A stretch of DNA of 64,000 bases from Schizochytrium sp. TIO01 (taxonomy: Eukaryota; Protista; Bigyra: Labyrinthulomycetes): NCBI GenBank assembly GCA_004764695.1, contig SMSO01000014.1, positions 6,500,029 to 6,564,028 on the forward strand, in the 5' to 3' direction. The position numbers and the translations under genes are program-made. The notes beneath the pieces were generated by a model that ran no database searches, had not been told where the DNA came from, and saw only the letters and a list, made by a program, of their open reading frames with translations. The number at the start of each line of letters is the position of its first letter. Positions within the stretch are counted from its first letter, which is position 1. This document shows, piece by piece, positions 32,596-45,038 of this stretch.

Positions 32596-33693
32596 TTAGA
32601 TACTGCTTGCCGCTGCAGAGTCCTTCAAGGTTGCAATGTCAATAACAAAGCGATAGCGCACATCAGATTCGTGCATGCGCTTATATGCTTCGTCAACGTA
32701 ATCTGCAGAAATTAACTCTGTCTGCGGGAGGACATTGTGCTCAGCGCAAAAATTGAGCATCTCCTGAGTCTCAGCAATGCCACCAATGATGCTGCCAGCC
32801 AGAGTTTTACGGCCACGAAGCAGAGAGAAAGATCTGAGGTCCAGGGGCTCTGGAACACCGCCGACGAGGATCATCTTGCCGTTGTTTCGCAAAAGGGCCA
32901 GGTAAGCTGCAAGGTCGTGCTTCGCAGAAACTGTGTCGAGAATGAAATCAAAGGTAGCAGTGGCATTCTTCATCTCCTCCTCATTCTTTACATCAACATA
33001 TTCGTGAGCTCCAAGTGCAAGAGCATCGTCCTTCTTAGCCGTGCCACGCGAGAGAACAGTTACGTGAGCTCCCATAGCGACACCAAACTTGACAGCCATG
33101 TGGCCAAGACCACCGAGACCCGCTACGGCATACCTCATACCCTTTTCGAGTCCAAAGTAACGGAGCGGAGAGTAAGTTGTAATACCAGCACACAGAAGCG
33201 GCGCAGCAGCAGCAAAGTCAAGACTGTCCGGCACGTGAAGAACGAAGGCCTCGTCACAAACGTAGCCAGTGGAGTAGCCACCGTAGGTCTTGCCACCAAT
33301 TTCTGGGTGGTGCTTGTACTTGTAGCGGCCGTTGTAGGTGAGAACACCGCCGTGCTCACAAAGCTGTTCGTAGCCGTCCTGGCAGCTCTCGCAGTCACGG
33401 CATGAGTCCACCAGGCAGCCAATGCCAGCCTTGTCGCCGACCTTGAACTTGGTCACTTCGCTGCCAACTGCGCGGATAATGCCAACGATTTCATGACCAG
33501 GGCACAGACCAGGTCCTTCAAAATCGCACGGTCCCCATTCCCCGCGGTACTTGTGCACATCACTGCCACAAATTCCGGCATACTTGATCTCAATATCCAC
33601 GTCCTTCGGGCCCAAGTCGCGGCGCTCGAACTCCTTCTTCACAAACGGCTTATGAAAGTCCTCCGCAAACAAACCAGTCTCAGTGTGCGGCAT
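32596..33693 (-). CDS. Zn-dependent NADP(H) alcohol dehydrogenase/aldehyde reductase, CAD/YahK-like (copy 1)
   Basis: GICGSDVH, PGHEIVG, CxxCxxCx7C structural Zn site, APLLCAGITTYSPL, GLGGLGH, LSRGTAKK, DVRYRFVID. Confidence 0.96.
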   Translation of the reverse strand: MPHTETGLFAEDFHKPFVKKEFERRDLGPKDVDIEIKYAGICGSDVHKYRGEWGPCDFEGPGLCPGHEIVGIIRAVGSEVTKFKVGDKAGIGCLVDSCRDCESCQDGYEQLCEHGGVLTYNGRYKYKHHPEIGGKTYGGYSTGYVCDEAFVLHVPDSLDFAAAAPLLCAGITTYSPLRYFGLEKGMRYAVAGLGGLGHMAVKFGVAMGAHVTVLSRGTAKKDDALALGAHEYVDVKNEEEMKNATATFDFILDTVSAKHDLAAYLALLRNNGKMILVGGVPEPLDLRSFSLLRGRKTLAGSIIGGIAETQEMLNFCAEHNVLPQTELISADYVDEAYKRMHESDVRYRFVIDIATLKDSAAASSI

Positions 33694-35932
33694 CTTGTCT
33701 CACTCGGCGAAGCCTCTCCTCTTCCTCTCGTTCTGGACCTTGACAATTTATCAGCTCTTCGCAATGTCTTCTTCGATCTCGCAAGTTGCGGGTCTGCTCG
33801 TAGCTTTGCCGAGGTCTCCCGGCGGCCATGATGTCGCAGTCTTAAGCAGTCTTATGGATTCCACTAACACCACACCATTCTCTGCTCCTGATAGTTACTA
33901 TGCCACCATTCCAACCAAATATGCAAATACGTGTGCAATCTTGAGAGCATAAAACTATGGCTGCCATGATGACAGCCTCGGCTTGCTAGCGCAACGGGAC
34001 TGCTTCAAAGGCTCATGGTCTGCCTCCGAACGATACATACTACGTTGAACCCTGCGTGGTGGCCAAGAACTCAAGGAAAGATATAGCTTAGAAAGAGTGG
34101 ATTGATTGAATGGAATCCCTTCCCGTGCACACACCGGACCTGGTGTCATTGCGGATCCAAGTGGACAATAAAAAAGACTGAAGATTCGTGATAGAGCGCG
34201 ATCAATATTTTGTTTTCTTTTTCTTCAACTTTAAACTTTTCATCTTCTTCTTTCTTTTTAAAATTAAATCGTTTTTATTATAACAAATTTGCCTAATAGT
34301 ACTAGTAGTAGAGTTTTAATGTAAAGTGATTTTATGTTTCATCAAATGTTTACGCAATTATCATGACCTACTACTATTCAGAAAGAATCAGCAAGCTTTC
34401 TTCAGATCGGCGTTTCGTCCCGGTTAAGTCGAGGCACAAAGCCTTCAAAAGGGCTTGGAGAAGGATAATCCAAAGATCTCACCGGAGCTGGCTGGCCCAA
34501 GAGCGCGGTTTTTCGAACTGCTTCATTTAATTTCCTGAATTTCTCTCTTCCTCCACGCAGTTTTATGTTGAAAGATGGTCCACAAGTGACCCGATTAAGA
34601 ATTCTCACTTTGCATTCCGCTCATGATGCTTCAAGTCAAGAGACGCATATGCACATAATCTCATCTTCTGCTGTATACGAAGGCCTTCGCCTCGCGCCTT
34701 CTGATAGATTGGAGGCCGATCAGGAGTGCGGATAAATGATGCCTTGGTAGCTTACGAAGGTCGTACATAGTATAAGAGAGTAGGAGCATCGCATGGTTCC
34801 CCGAACAATGCGGATGACTGAATTAACTCAAGTCTGAAAGATCACTCGGATCGAGAACGCCAAAAACGACAGTCCGAGTCTGGTATTGACGATATCACGA
34901 CAGTGCTTGTCCCACGAAAGCACCACACTCCTGAAAAACAAGAACCATATCCGATTTGATGACTATTTCAAGACTAAATTCATTGTTGATGGTACCTTCA
35001 CTTTGCCAGGAGTGGTGTTTATGAAGACTCTGAGAAGGAAAGTTCGTTCATCGATATCCCAAGGTTTCAATAGTGGTGGCCGGGTTTGAGATACAGAAGC
35101 TAGTGCCATCCTTGCTGGGATTGAGTTTGGGCGATGGAACAAAGAAAGTGAACTAAAGAAACTATAGTCTGATAGTTATTAAGCTGGGACTGCCAAGGGA
35201 GGCGAACAAAGGAAGTATTCTATGCTGATCATGCGTCTCGCTTGTTACCTAGGTAGGTAGGTACCTAGCCTAGTTAGCAAGTAGTACGGCGTTGGTGAGA
35301 AGAGAGCCTAATTGAGGTAAAAGTTCTACTTTTGGTGTCAGAGTCTTTCCTAACATTCGGTGTAGAACCATGGATTGAGTGGTTGCTTTGACTTGAGCTT
35401 TTTACCCAAGTTAAAAGATTTTAACTCAGTCTTTTGACTAGTGAGAGTGCTATAGAACCCAACGCCAAAACTTGGTGCTACTTTCTTGCGTGTTTTCTTT
35501 CTTTTCTGGAATATAGTATGTACTATATCCGAGCTCTGTGATAATCTAGTCAGTCCAGATGTATGTACAACCCTTTTCGGCACCAGCCTTCTTATTATGC
35601 CTTATTAATGAAGTTGTAACACAAGACTATATAAGTTGGTCTTTCAAGTTAATATGCTTCAACAAGTAGTTTGGCTTCATTAGATGTTGAACAATCTTGA
35701 CAGCATTTGCATTCCTTTGACCGGAGTGATATCCAGGAAAGGCAAACTTGGCTGTAAAATATGTAAATTGATAGCCTGACTGAAAACTTGTCAATGCCAG
35801 TATGGAATAAAAATCTTCGGTGTGTAAATCAATTTGGTTACTGAAAGGGAGCATCTATTTCAAGAGGAGTACCATTCAAATGAACGGAAATCAACTGACT
35901 TAGCTTTAAATTTTGAAGAAAGTTTAAGAATT

Positions 35933-37018
35933 TTAAATATCCTTGAGGGAAGCTATGTCAATGACAAAACGGTAGCGGACATCAGCGGACTCCATGCGCT
36001 TATATGCCTCACCAACGTAGTCAGCGTCGATGAGCTCGACATCAGGAATAACATCATGCTCAGCACAGAAGTCAAGCATCTCCTGGGTTTCAGCGATGCC
36101 TCCGATCATGCTACCACCTAACACCTTGCGGCCCATAATCAAGCTGAAGGTCATAAGATCAAGAGGAGCGGGCACGCCACCGACCACAATGAGCTTGCCG
36201 TTGTTGTGGAGGAGACCAAGGTATGCTGCAAGGTCGTGCTTGGCAGAAATAGTATCAAGAATAAAATCAAAAGAGTTGGCAGCACTCTTCATCTCCTTCT
36301 CGTCCTTCACATCAACGTAGTCATGAGCACCAAGCTTGAGAGCATCCTCCTTCTTGGCAGTGCCACGAGAGAGAACAGTCACATTAGCACCCATGGCGAT
36401 ACCAAACTTAACAGCCATGTGTCCAAGGCCACCAAGACCTGCCACAGCAAAGTTCATACCCTTCTTCAGGCCATAGTACGCGAGCGGAGAGTAGGTAGTG
36501 ATACCTGCGCAGAGAAGAGGAGCAGCAGCAGCAAAGTCGAGGTTGTCAGGGACGTGAAGAACAAAGTCCTCGTCACATACATAGCCGGTGGAGTATCCAC
36601 CAAAAGTCTTGGCGCCCTTCTCAGGGTGGTGGTCAAACTTGTAGTGATCGTTGTAAGTCTGTACCAGGCCCTTCTCATCCTCGCAGAGCTGCTCGTAGCC
36701 ATCCTTGCAGCTGGGGCACTTACGGCAAGAGTCAACCATGCAGCCAATGCCGGCCTTGTCGCCGACCTTGAACTTAGTCACATCGCTACCGACAGCACGG
36801 ACGATGCCGACGATCTCGTGGCCGGGGCACATGCCAGGGCCGCTGAAGTCGCTGCCACCCCATTCGTTCTTGGCTTGGTGGACATCACTGGCACAGATAC
36901 CAGCGTACTTGATATCGATATCGACGTCCTTGGGTCCAAGAGCGCGGCGCTCAAACTCCTTGATTTCGAACGGACCATTAGCCTCGCTCACAAAAAGGCC
37001 ATATTCCGTGTGCGGCAT
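35933..37018 (-). CDS. CAD/YahK-like NADP(H) alcohol dehydrogenase (copy 2)
   Basis: Same motifs; start set at caagATG MPHTEY (37018), matching paralogs, not TTG at 37123. Confidence 0.96.
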   Translation of the reverse strand: MPHTEYGLFVSEANGPFEIKEFERRALGPKDVDIDIKYAGICASDVHQAKNEWGGSDFSGPGMCPGHEIVGIVRAVGSDVTKFKVGDKAGIGCMVDSCRKCPSCKDGYEQLCEDEKGLVQTYNDHYKFDHHPEKGAKTFGGYSTGYVCDEDFVLHVPDNLDFAAAAPLLCAGITTYSPLAYYGLKKGMNFAVAGLGGLGHMAVKFGIAMGANVTVLSRGTAKKEDALKLGAHDYVDVKDEKEMKSAANSFDFILDTISAKHDLAAYLGLLHNNGKLIVVGGVPAPLDLMTFSLIMGRKVLGGSMIGGIAETQEMLDFCAEHDVIPDVELIDADYVGEAYKRMESADVRYRFVIDIASLKDI

Positions 37019-39221
37019 CTTGGCAATTATTATTTTCTGTGAGATCTTACGCAACTTTGCTATTCTTGTTTTGGGTTTCGAGTTATTTGTTTGCTGATCT
37101 TGCCAGGCAACACGAGCCTTCAACTTTTGTAATACATGAAATCCCTGATTGAAACTATGCGTTTTTATTAGTCACTATTTTCTTGTCTCTACTAGGAACT
37201 ACGCCAGATAGTAGACTCTGGTGCCTGTCGCTGGGCGACTGTGAAACTTTAGTGCATCCTAATTCATGATATAAGTCAGTGGCATAATTTCAAGTGTAAT
37301 AAGGGCTTCTTCTTAGATCTGTATTTCTGACAGAGTATGAATACTTCGAAATCTGTGCACTAAGACTACTTACTTGCAAGTATTCTTACAGGTATTCTAT
37401 TTATGCATATTATAGATAATGCAATAGTACAAACAACTTAGGGGAGTTTTATGGTTCAGTTATTGACGCCGGACGTACTGTCACTCATTCGTCCGAACGG
37501 GAGAACAACTTGTAATAGCAGAATCTCGGATTGAGACAGGGTAAGTTGTAGGAGTGAGGAAACGACAATGGTCTACCTTAGGAACGCCAATCATTAGGTT
37601 TATCATCTTGACCTTTCCATTTGCATTATTATTGGAAACCTTTAATAAATACCATAAAGCTGAAAGTGCGGTGTCCATCACACCAAAAGGTCGTATTCAC
37701 AAATATAAAAGTTGAAATCATAAAACATGGGATCAAACACAGCGCTAGTATCATAATTGAAGAAGTCCTATAGATGCTATCCTTTAAATGGCAGAAATAT
37801 AACTTTATATGAGAAGAACACAGTACATAGAATATAGAAAGCATCTCAGGAGACGAGAATTACGATTGTCGTCACCTCGGTTTGTTTATTTTTTATTTTT
37901 TTTTCTCAACGCCGTACCATCGCACGTCACCACAAACGCAATCACTCTGGCTTAGCTTTTGAAGTTAATTAAACATGTCTAAGAAACGGCAGGGTGACTT
38001 GAAAAAGGAGATCCTGGCGTCGTTCTCTCATTAAAGATTCCTAACTTTTCACTAGGATGAAAGCAGTGAGTTATTGTTCTTGTGTATTAAATGAGGCTTA
38101 TCCGTGCTCTATCTAGAATATTAATTTTTTTAAAGAAAAAATCGTAACCACAGACGTTCAAAATCAGCGATGCTCATCTATATACGTCTTACATAGAGTT
38201 CTTTGGAAGCAGCAAAAATCTGTCGTACAACGTCATAAGACTTCTTACGCAAGACTACCAGTCTTACACCTTTTGTGTCGTGCGATGACAAAGTGAAGGG
38301 ACACTGACTAACTTTCCCTCATCCTTTACCCACTGAGAATGATAGTAGTCCCTCATAGTGCGATGGAAGGTGCGATAGAAGGTGCGATTTGTCGGACTAA
38401 GGCATTCCAATGCTGCAAAGTTCAGTTTGATTCAAATAGCTTGAGAATCGATACTATACGATGATTCTGCAATTGGAGAACTAGCTGATACTCGGGGAAT
38501 GGTGATGAAGTGAGAATAATCGTGGGACGAACAAAACCTTGAGTGCAGCGCTTCCAAGAAAGGTTTTTAGTCGAGCACTCGTAGGTTGAATGTAGAAGGT
38601 GCTTATCTTACATGGTCATAAAACATCACAGACGTTACTGTTTCTATATTCTACTTTCGTTTTCTTTTCTTTTTTTTTCAGTTTCAACTTCAAGAGGTTG
38701 TCACTCAATTTATGAACTTTCATTAAATGTTATTTGCATTTGGAACATGAGAAGCCTGTGCTTAGCTGTGGGTTCCCAACTTTGTCAGTGGGAAATTCTC
38801 TGATTTTCCATTTCGCTCTACAATCATGGATCGTTGATTCGCCTTGACGAGAATCAACATCAAGTAGATGCAAGCTTCCCTAAAAAATCAAATTGAAATG
38901 TTACTAAGTCTTACCTCTTGACACAGATGACAAACAAAAAATCGTATTGAAATGTCCTTTAGTTTAAAGCCCTAGTAGAATAATCCAAGCGTCCAAGCAA
39001 AGTACAGGAAGCTAAGCAACTTACGAAGGTTGTCGTATCTACTACTCTGTGAGTACTTAACAACGGGATCCATTCGTAGTGCGCCATTTGAAGCCTCAAG
39101 AATCATTTCTGGCAAGATCAATCTATACAAAAACGGAAACATTGGACAAAGAATATACTTCTTTAATAACTGTTTGCATGTAACTAGGCTACCGTGATAT
39201 TATAACTGGATCTACACATCA

Positions 39222-40304
39222 TTAGTTCTTGATGGAGGCAACATCGATGACAAAGCGGTAGCGGACATCAGCGGACTCCATGCGCTTGTATGCTTCATCA
39301 ACGTAGTCAGCATCGATGAGCTCAGTGTCAGGAATGACGTTGTGCTCCGCACAGAAGTCAAGCATCTCCTGAGTCTCGGCAATGCCACCAATAGGGCTTC
39401 CACCGATCATCTTGCGGCCCATAATCAAGCTGAAGGTCATAAGATCAAGAGGAGCGGGCACGCCACCGACCACAATGAGCTTGCCGTTGTTGTGGAGGAG
39501 ACCAAGGTATGCTGCAAGGTCGTGCTTGGCAGAAATAGTATCAAGAATAAAATCAAAAGAGTTGGCAGCACTCTTCATCTCCTTCTCGTCCTTCACATCA
39601 ACGTAGTCATGAGCACCAAGCTTGAGAGCATCCTCCTTCTTGGCAGTGCCACGAGAGAGAACAGTCACATTAGCACCCATGGCGATACCAAACTTAACAG
39701 CCATGTGTCCAAGGCCACCAAGACCTGCCACAGCAAAGTTCATACCCTTCTTCAGGCCATAGTACGCGAGCGGAGAGTAGGTAGTGATACCTGCGCAGAG
39801 AAGAGGAGCAGCAGCAGCAAAGTCGAGGTTGTCAGGGACGTGAAGAACAAAGTCCTCGTCACATACATAGCCGGTGGAGTATCCACCAAAAGTCTTGGCG
39901 CCCTTCTCAGGGTGGTGGTCAAACTTGTAGTGATCGTTGTAAGTCTGTACCATGCCCTTCTCATCCTCGCAGAGCTGCTCGTAGCCGTCCTTGCAGCTGG
40001 GGCACTTACGGCAAGAGTCAACCATGCAGCCAATGCCGGCCTTGTCGCCGACCTTGAACTTGGTCACATCGCTACCGACAGCACGGACGATGCCGACGAT
40101 CTCGTGGCCGGGGCACATGCCAGGGCCGCTGAAGTCGCTGCCACCCCACTCGTTCTTGACTTGGTGGACATCACTGGCACAGATACCAGCGTACTTGATA
40201 TCGATATCGACGTCCTTGGGTCCAAGAGCGCGGCGCTCGAACTCCTTCTTGACAAAGGGTGCACCAGCGCTCTCGGCGAAGAGACCTTGGACAGTACGGC
40301 TCAT
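39222..40304 (-). CDS. CAD/YahK-like NADP(H) alcohol dehydrogenase (copy 3)
   Basis: Same motifs; core nearly identical to copies 2 and 5. Confidence 0.96.
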   Translation of the reverse strand: MSRTVQGLFAESAGAPFVKKEFERRALGPKDVDIDIKYAGICASDVHQVKNEWGGSDFSGPGMCPGHEIVGIVRAVGSDVTKFKVGDKAGIGCMVDSCRKCPSCKDGYEQLCEDEKGMVQTYNDHYKFDHHPEKGAKTFGGYSTGYVCDEDFVLHVPDNLDFAAAAPLLCAGITTYSPLAYYGLKKGMNFAVAGLGGLGHMAVKFGIAMGANVTVLSRGTAKKEDALKLGAHDYVDVKDEKEMKSAANSFDFILDTISAKHDLAAYLGLLHNNGKLIVVGGVPAPLDLMTFSLIMGRKMIGGSPIGGIAETQEMLDFCAEHNVIPDTELIDADYVDEAYKRMESADVRYRFVIDVASIKN

Positions 40305-42807
40305 CTTGCAGTATCTTTGGTGAAGTGCTTGGGTAACTCTGGGATTTCTTGAGTTTCGGGTTTGCTCACGTTTTGGATTGCTCGTATCTGTTTTGCTGCT
40401 GCTACTGTCTTCGCTGCCTCCTACCTACCCCTCCTCCTATTGGGCGTACAGGCTACTAAAGTCCTAGTAGCCGTGTCCAAGTCTGTCGTACATTTTCTGT
40501 TTTCCGTCAACTTCTGTGTCACACCGGCGCAGAGGTAAAGAGTCAGGGCGCGTTCGCACCCATTCGTTGGTGTCCTGCTCAACTCAAGTCCAGGAATGAT
40601 TGACCGATTGACACTTCATCTTCACTTGAAAAGCAAACGAAGCAGCAGAAGATATTGATTTTTTATTTATTTATTTTTCTGAAAAAAAATAAAAATTCTT
40701 CTAATTAATTTTTTTCTTTTAAATTGACCACCAGAGACTGCGTTTACACAGGCTAAGTAAGAGACCGCCTTTGCCAGTGCTGGACAGCCTCCCTCGCTGC
40801 CGTCCGTTCTTCTCAGCCTCCTCCTATATCAGCCAGCTGCAAGCTGTTCCCCCGGTGTCACAGACCTTCAGAGACTCCGTCTTTCTGCAGTCTGAAGTGC
40901 TGCAATCATGGCTATTCCCACAAACCTATGTGCTACCTCTGTGATCCAAAAGTCCCTCGCGACCCCCCTTACCGTTCGCTGAACTGCCGAAGCTTCTTTG
41001 TTCTCCTGTCGTCCTGCTGTAGGAGTGAGGCTAGGGTAAACAGTAGGTCAGGCGGTGGCGCGAAGGCGGAGAGCCGAGTGACCAAAGGCTGTGGGAACGC
41101 CACATTTGAGGCTCACAGCGCATCGGATTTTGGCGGCATTGCGGTGCTTTGACTTTGCCGTTCGCTGTCGTGGAAATTGGCGGCGATCTTCAGGTGGGAT
41201 GGAGAAGGAGACGGAGAAGAAGGAGGCGCGTGGTCTTGGCGATCGAGGGCCTAAGAGGTCTTGAGGTCTTGGAGCTTGGCGAGCTGAAGCGAGAGGGTTG
41301 GTTGCTTGGTTGATTGGCTGCCTGGCTGGCTGACTGACTGGGTCGAAAATGTCGTCCGCACGACATTCGAGAAGCTCGGAAGGCCAAACTTGGGACGACA
41401 AAGAAGTACTCTAGACATGGATGGCTGGACTGACGGCTCGGCGGAACTGGCACGATCGCCCTCAGACGTTGAACGCGGATGCGTTGGGCGTCGGCGTTTC
41501 CGACGCTGACGTGCGACCGTCGAAACATGCCTGTCCAACGGAAAGGCGTCGAGGCCGATTGCGAAGTATGGATCTTCTTCTCTTGGGCCTGGAGAAAGCA
41601 GGAAAGGGGTTTCCCGTAATGGTTTTTGAACGACAGAAACCAACCCACGAAGTGTTATTGGAAGACACCTGAGTGTGATGACTTTGTGAAAGCGTTTTAG
41701 TGCTGATCAGCATGAACAACGCGACGCTCACCTGGACTACCACAGACCTATGGTACATTAGTCAACTGAGCGAGACTTTGATAGTTGTGAGCTCTACTCG
41801 GAATACATTGGATGTATCGACCTCTAGTAGTAAGCACCGGATGAATACCACTATCATGAGTCTGGGAAATTCTTCTTTGTATTGTCTGTTTGCGGCATAG
41901 TTTAAGATTGAGAAGCGCTGTTCTAATACAACGTTCCAGAACGAGCTTCAGCCTTCCAGAGCGAGGTCACCTAGTTCTCTGTTGAAACAGCTTAGCTCAG
42001 AGCAGCTAAACAACGCTGAACAGCCGAATGACTTTCAAGAATCTAGCTAGGAGAGACCGATGGAAACGGTCCTTGGGCTCACCATCAACCAATTCTCCTT
42101 TTGGAAAAAGAGTATGACAGGGGTGTTATGCATGAATGGACGAAGCCATGGCCCTAATTTCCAATCATCCAAAATTGAATACAATATAGTCAAACAGGAG
42201 TAAATCATTAAAATTACAAGAGGTTGCTAATTTTATGCTGTTCTTTATTTTATCGATTTCGCAAGAGGTGCCTATAATTTCCAAGGATTGAAAAGAGGTT
42301 AAATATGACCGCATTGTTTCTGCACCTAGTATACACTGTGACAGTAAGTTGAGTCGTATGCCTGAGTGTGGAAAGATGCTCAAATGATTCCGAGGATGTA
42401 CTATTGTATTGAATATGCAAATACTGATATATCATATATACACTCTGAGCCTGTTACCTTTCTTATGAACCTATTAGAACTAGATCCCCATACTAGAACT
42501 AGGTTCACCTACCGGAACTTAGTCTATCGAGATCTGCAGCTACCGAAAACCTTCTTTAGTTGACGAAAACTCAAAAGGATTCGCTGTATTTAAAGCAATA
42601 TATGTCTCTGTTGCTTATGTAGCACAGTTGCTCTAATTAGCAATACCCCTAGCAGTCTTAACTCCGGCAATAACCCTTCTAAAATCTCTCAGCAACCTGG
42701 ATGTAGCACTGTAATATGTAAGTCGAGAATATCATGGAAACCTATTGGGTGGCATTGACAAGATAGACCGGTTTTGCACTAGCCTTTATTTCAAGGATGC
42801 AGAACAC

Positions 42808-43185
42808 CACGAGAAAATACCTATTTACACTAATTGAAAGCCTGCATTCAACATAACAAAACTCTGCACGACAGCCTTGGCCTGCACGACAAAGGCCTCT
42901 TCTGACGTCAATTTGAATGACAGAGTACGACTAGCAACAGGTAGCAACAATTTCAGCCTGCACGACAATACAACTGAGAGGCAGTTTCAGAAACCGACCT
43001 CCCAGCTAGCTATAACTAGCTGCATAATGATGTACGACATTAGCTGCTAGCTGAAAGGATGATGCAAGAATCATGGAATTGTAACCGCAGAAAGCGAAAC
43101 GGAATATAACTAAAAAACGACAATCTAGTCCCGTTCATACATGGTGGTTATATATATACCTAGAGCTGGTGAAAGGACATGGCAC
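42808..43185. promoter_or_regulatory. Non-coding module with clustered CACGACA motifs (copy A), ~1.1 kb past the stop of ADH copy 4
   Basis: CACGACA at 42867, 42885, 42961; TACGACA 43033; AACGACA 43116; aligns with 49266-49710. Regulatory role is inference. Confidence 0.5.
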
Positions 43186-43958
43186 AATCAAGTTGGAACC
43201 ACTGCGGATATGACACACAACTCTCAAGTGTATGACATAACTTGTTCACTCTACTGCTCACTTTTCCAAACTGGAGCTCTCTGTATCTTCAAATCACATA
43301 GTTCTATGATCACATAGGTTCCGAGCTTTAATAAGGCGTCAATGTTCCCAAAAGTTTTAATTTTTGGGGGGATTTGATGTCAAAAATATGAGCACAGATG
43401 TACAAATGGAAGACTGCTATAAGATTGCTGAGATCTCCAATCGAAGGATCTAGTGGACAAGACATTGCTAGAGTTCTTGGTGTCCCTTTGTAAAACCCCA
43501 TCGGACATTAGGTTTACAGTAGAGTAAGAATAGGCAGTCAGTATGAAGGGTTCATGCAGTGAGATAGCCGATAAAAAGAAGATCAACTGAGCTTTAAGCA
43601 AATATCAAACCACTCGTTGGTGCAAATAATATCTCATTGATGGGCTTGGCTAGGCCAACACCCGAAGCTTGAAGAGCATAATGCAAAGTTTAAGTGAGAA
43701 ATACTCTTGCACTCTCTACTTGCCTTCCTCATCATCTTTCCAATCACCAAAGATTTATAACCACATCTTTGAACTTCGAATACTGATACTTCGTACCAGT
43801 AACTTTTTTAATATTTCACGTATTTCACGTATTTCATAACCCATGTATCACTAATTCCCTGCGCGTGGAGTTTAAGTGTTGATTGAAAATTCAAGATTTA
43901 TTGAAAAATTAGTTGTTGTAGAATATCGGTGCGTGGATTATCTTGAAAGGAGACATTT

Positions 43959-45038
43959 TCACTCCAGGGAAGCAATGTCAATGACAAAGCGGTAACGCAC
44001 ATCAGCAGTCTCCATGCGCTTAAAAGCTCCATCGACATAGTCCGCCTCGATGAGCTCGATATCAGGAATTACGTTGTGCTCTGCGCAGAATTCAAGCATC
44101 TCCTGGGTCTCGGCAATGCCACCATTTGGGCTTCCACCGATCATCTTGCGACCAAGAATTAAACTGAATGTCAAGAGCTCAAGAGGAGCGGGCACGCCTC
44201 CAAGCACAATAAGCTTGCCATTGTTGCGAAGGAGGCTCAAGTAGGAACCAAGATCGTGCTTGGCAGAAATGGTGTCAAGGATGAAATCAAAAGAGCTGAC
44301 AGCACTCTTCATCTCCTCCTCATCCTTAATGTCAATGTAGTCATGAGCACCAAGGTCAAGTGCATCCTCCTTCTTGGCAGTGCCACGAGAGAGAACAGTC
44401 ACATTAGCACCCATGGCAACACCAAACTTAACAGCCATGTGTCCAAGGCCACCAAGACCTGCCACAGCAAAGTTCATACCCTTCTTCAGGCCATAGTACG
44501 CGAGCGGAGAGTAGGTGGTGATACCTGCGCAGAGAAGAGGAGCAGCAGCAGCAAAGTCGAGGTTGTCAGGGACGTGGAGAACAAAGTCCTCGTCACATAC
44601 ATAGCCGGTGGAGTATCCACCAAAAGTCTTGGCGCCCTTCTCAGGGTGGTGGGCGTACTTGTAGTGATCGTTGTAAGTCTGTACCATGCCCTTCTTATCC
44701 TCGCAGAGCTGCTCGTAGCCGTCCTTGCAGCTGGGGCACTCACGGCAAGAGTCAATAATACAACCAATGCCGGCTTTGTCACCGACCTGAAACTTGGTCA
44801 CATCGCTACCGATAGCGCGGACAATGCCGACGATCTCGTGGCCAGGGCACATTCCAGGGCCGCTGAAGTCGCCGACACCCCATTCGTTCTTGACTTGGTG
44901 GACATCACTGGCACAGATACCAGCGTACTTGATATCAATATCGACGTCCTTAGGACCAAGAGCGCGGCGCTCGAATTCCTTGGTGACGAAGGGTTCACCA
45001 GCGCTCTCGACGAAGAGACCTTGGACAGTACGGCTCAT
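43959..45038 (-). CDS. CAD/YahK-like NADP(H) alcohol dehydrogenase (copy 4)
   Basis: Same motifs. Confidence 0.96.
   Translation of the reverse strand: MSRTVQGLFVESAGEPFVTKEFERRALGPKDVDIDIKYAGICASDVHQVKNEWGVGDFSGPGMCPGHEIVGIVRAIGSDVTKFQVGDKAGIGCIIDSCRECPSCKDGYEQLCEDKKGMVQTYNDHYKYAHHPEKGAKTFGGYSTGYVCDEDFVLHVPDNLDFAAAAPLLCAGITTYSPLAYYGLKKGMNFAVAGLGGLGHMAVKFGVAMGANVTVLSRGTAKKEDALDLGAHDYIDIKDEEEMKSAVSSFDFILDTISAKHDLGSYLSLLRNNGKLIVLGGVPAPLELLTFSLILGRKMIGGSPNGGIAETQEMLEFCAEHNVIPDIELIEADYVDGAFKRMETADVRYRFVIDIASLE

Noticed and set aside
35060-35125. WWPGL...CHPC resembling an LTR-retrotransposon integrase zinc-binding region
   Set aside because: Wrong spacing, flanked by stops, and no other pol motifs or LTRs seen
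37019-37123. 35-aa N-terminal extension of ADH copy 2 in the ORF track
   Set aside because: Begins at TTG; the caagATG at 37018 matches the paralog starts
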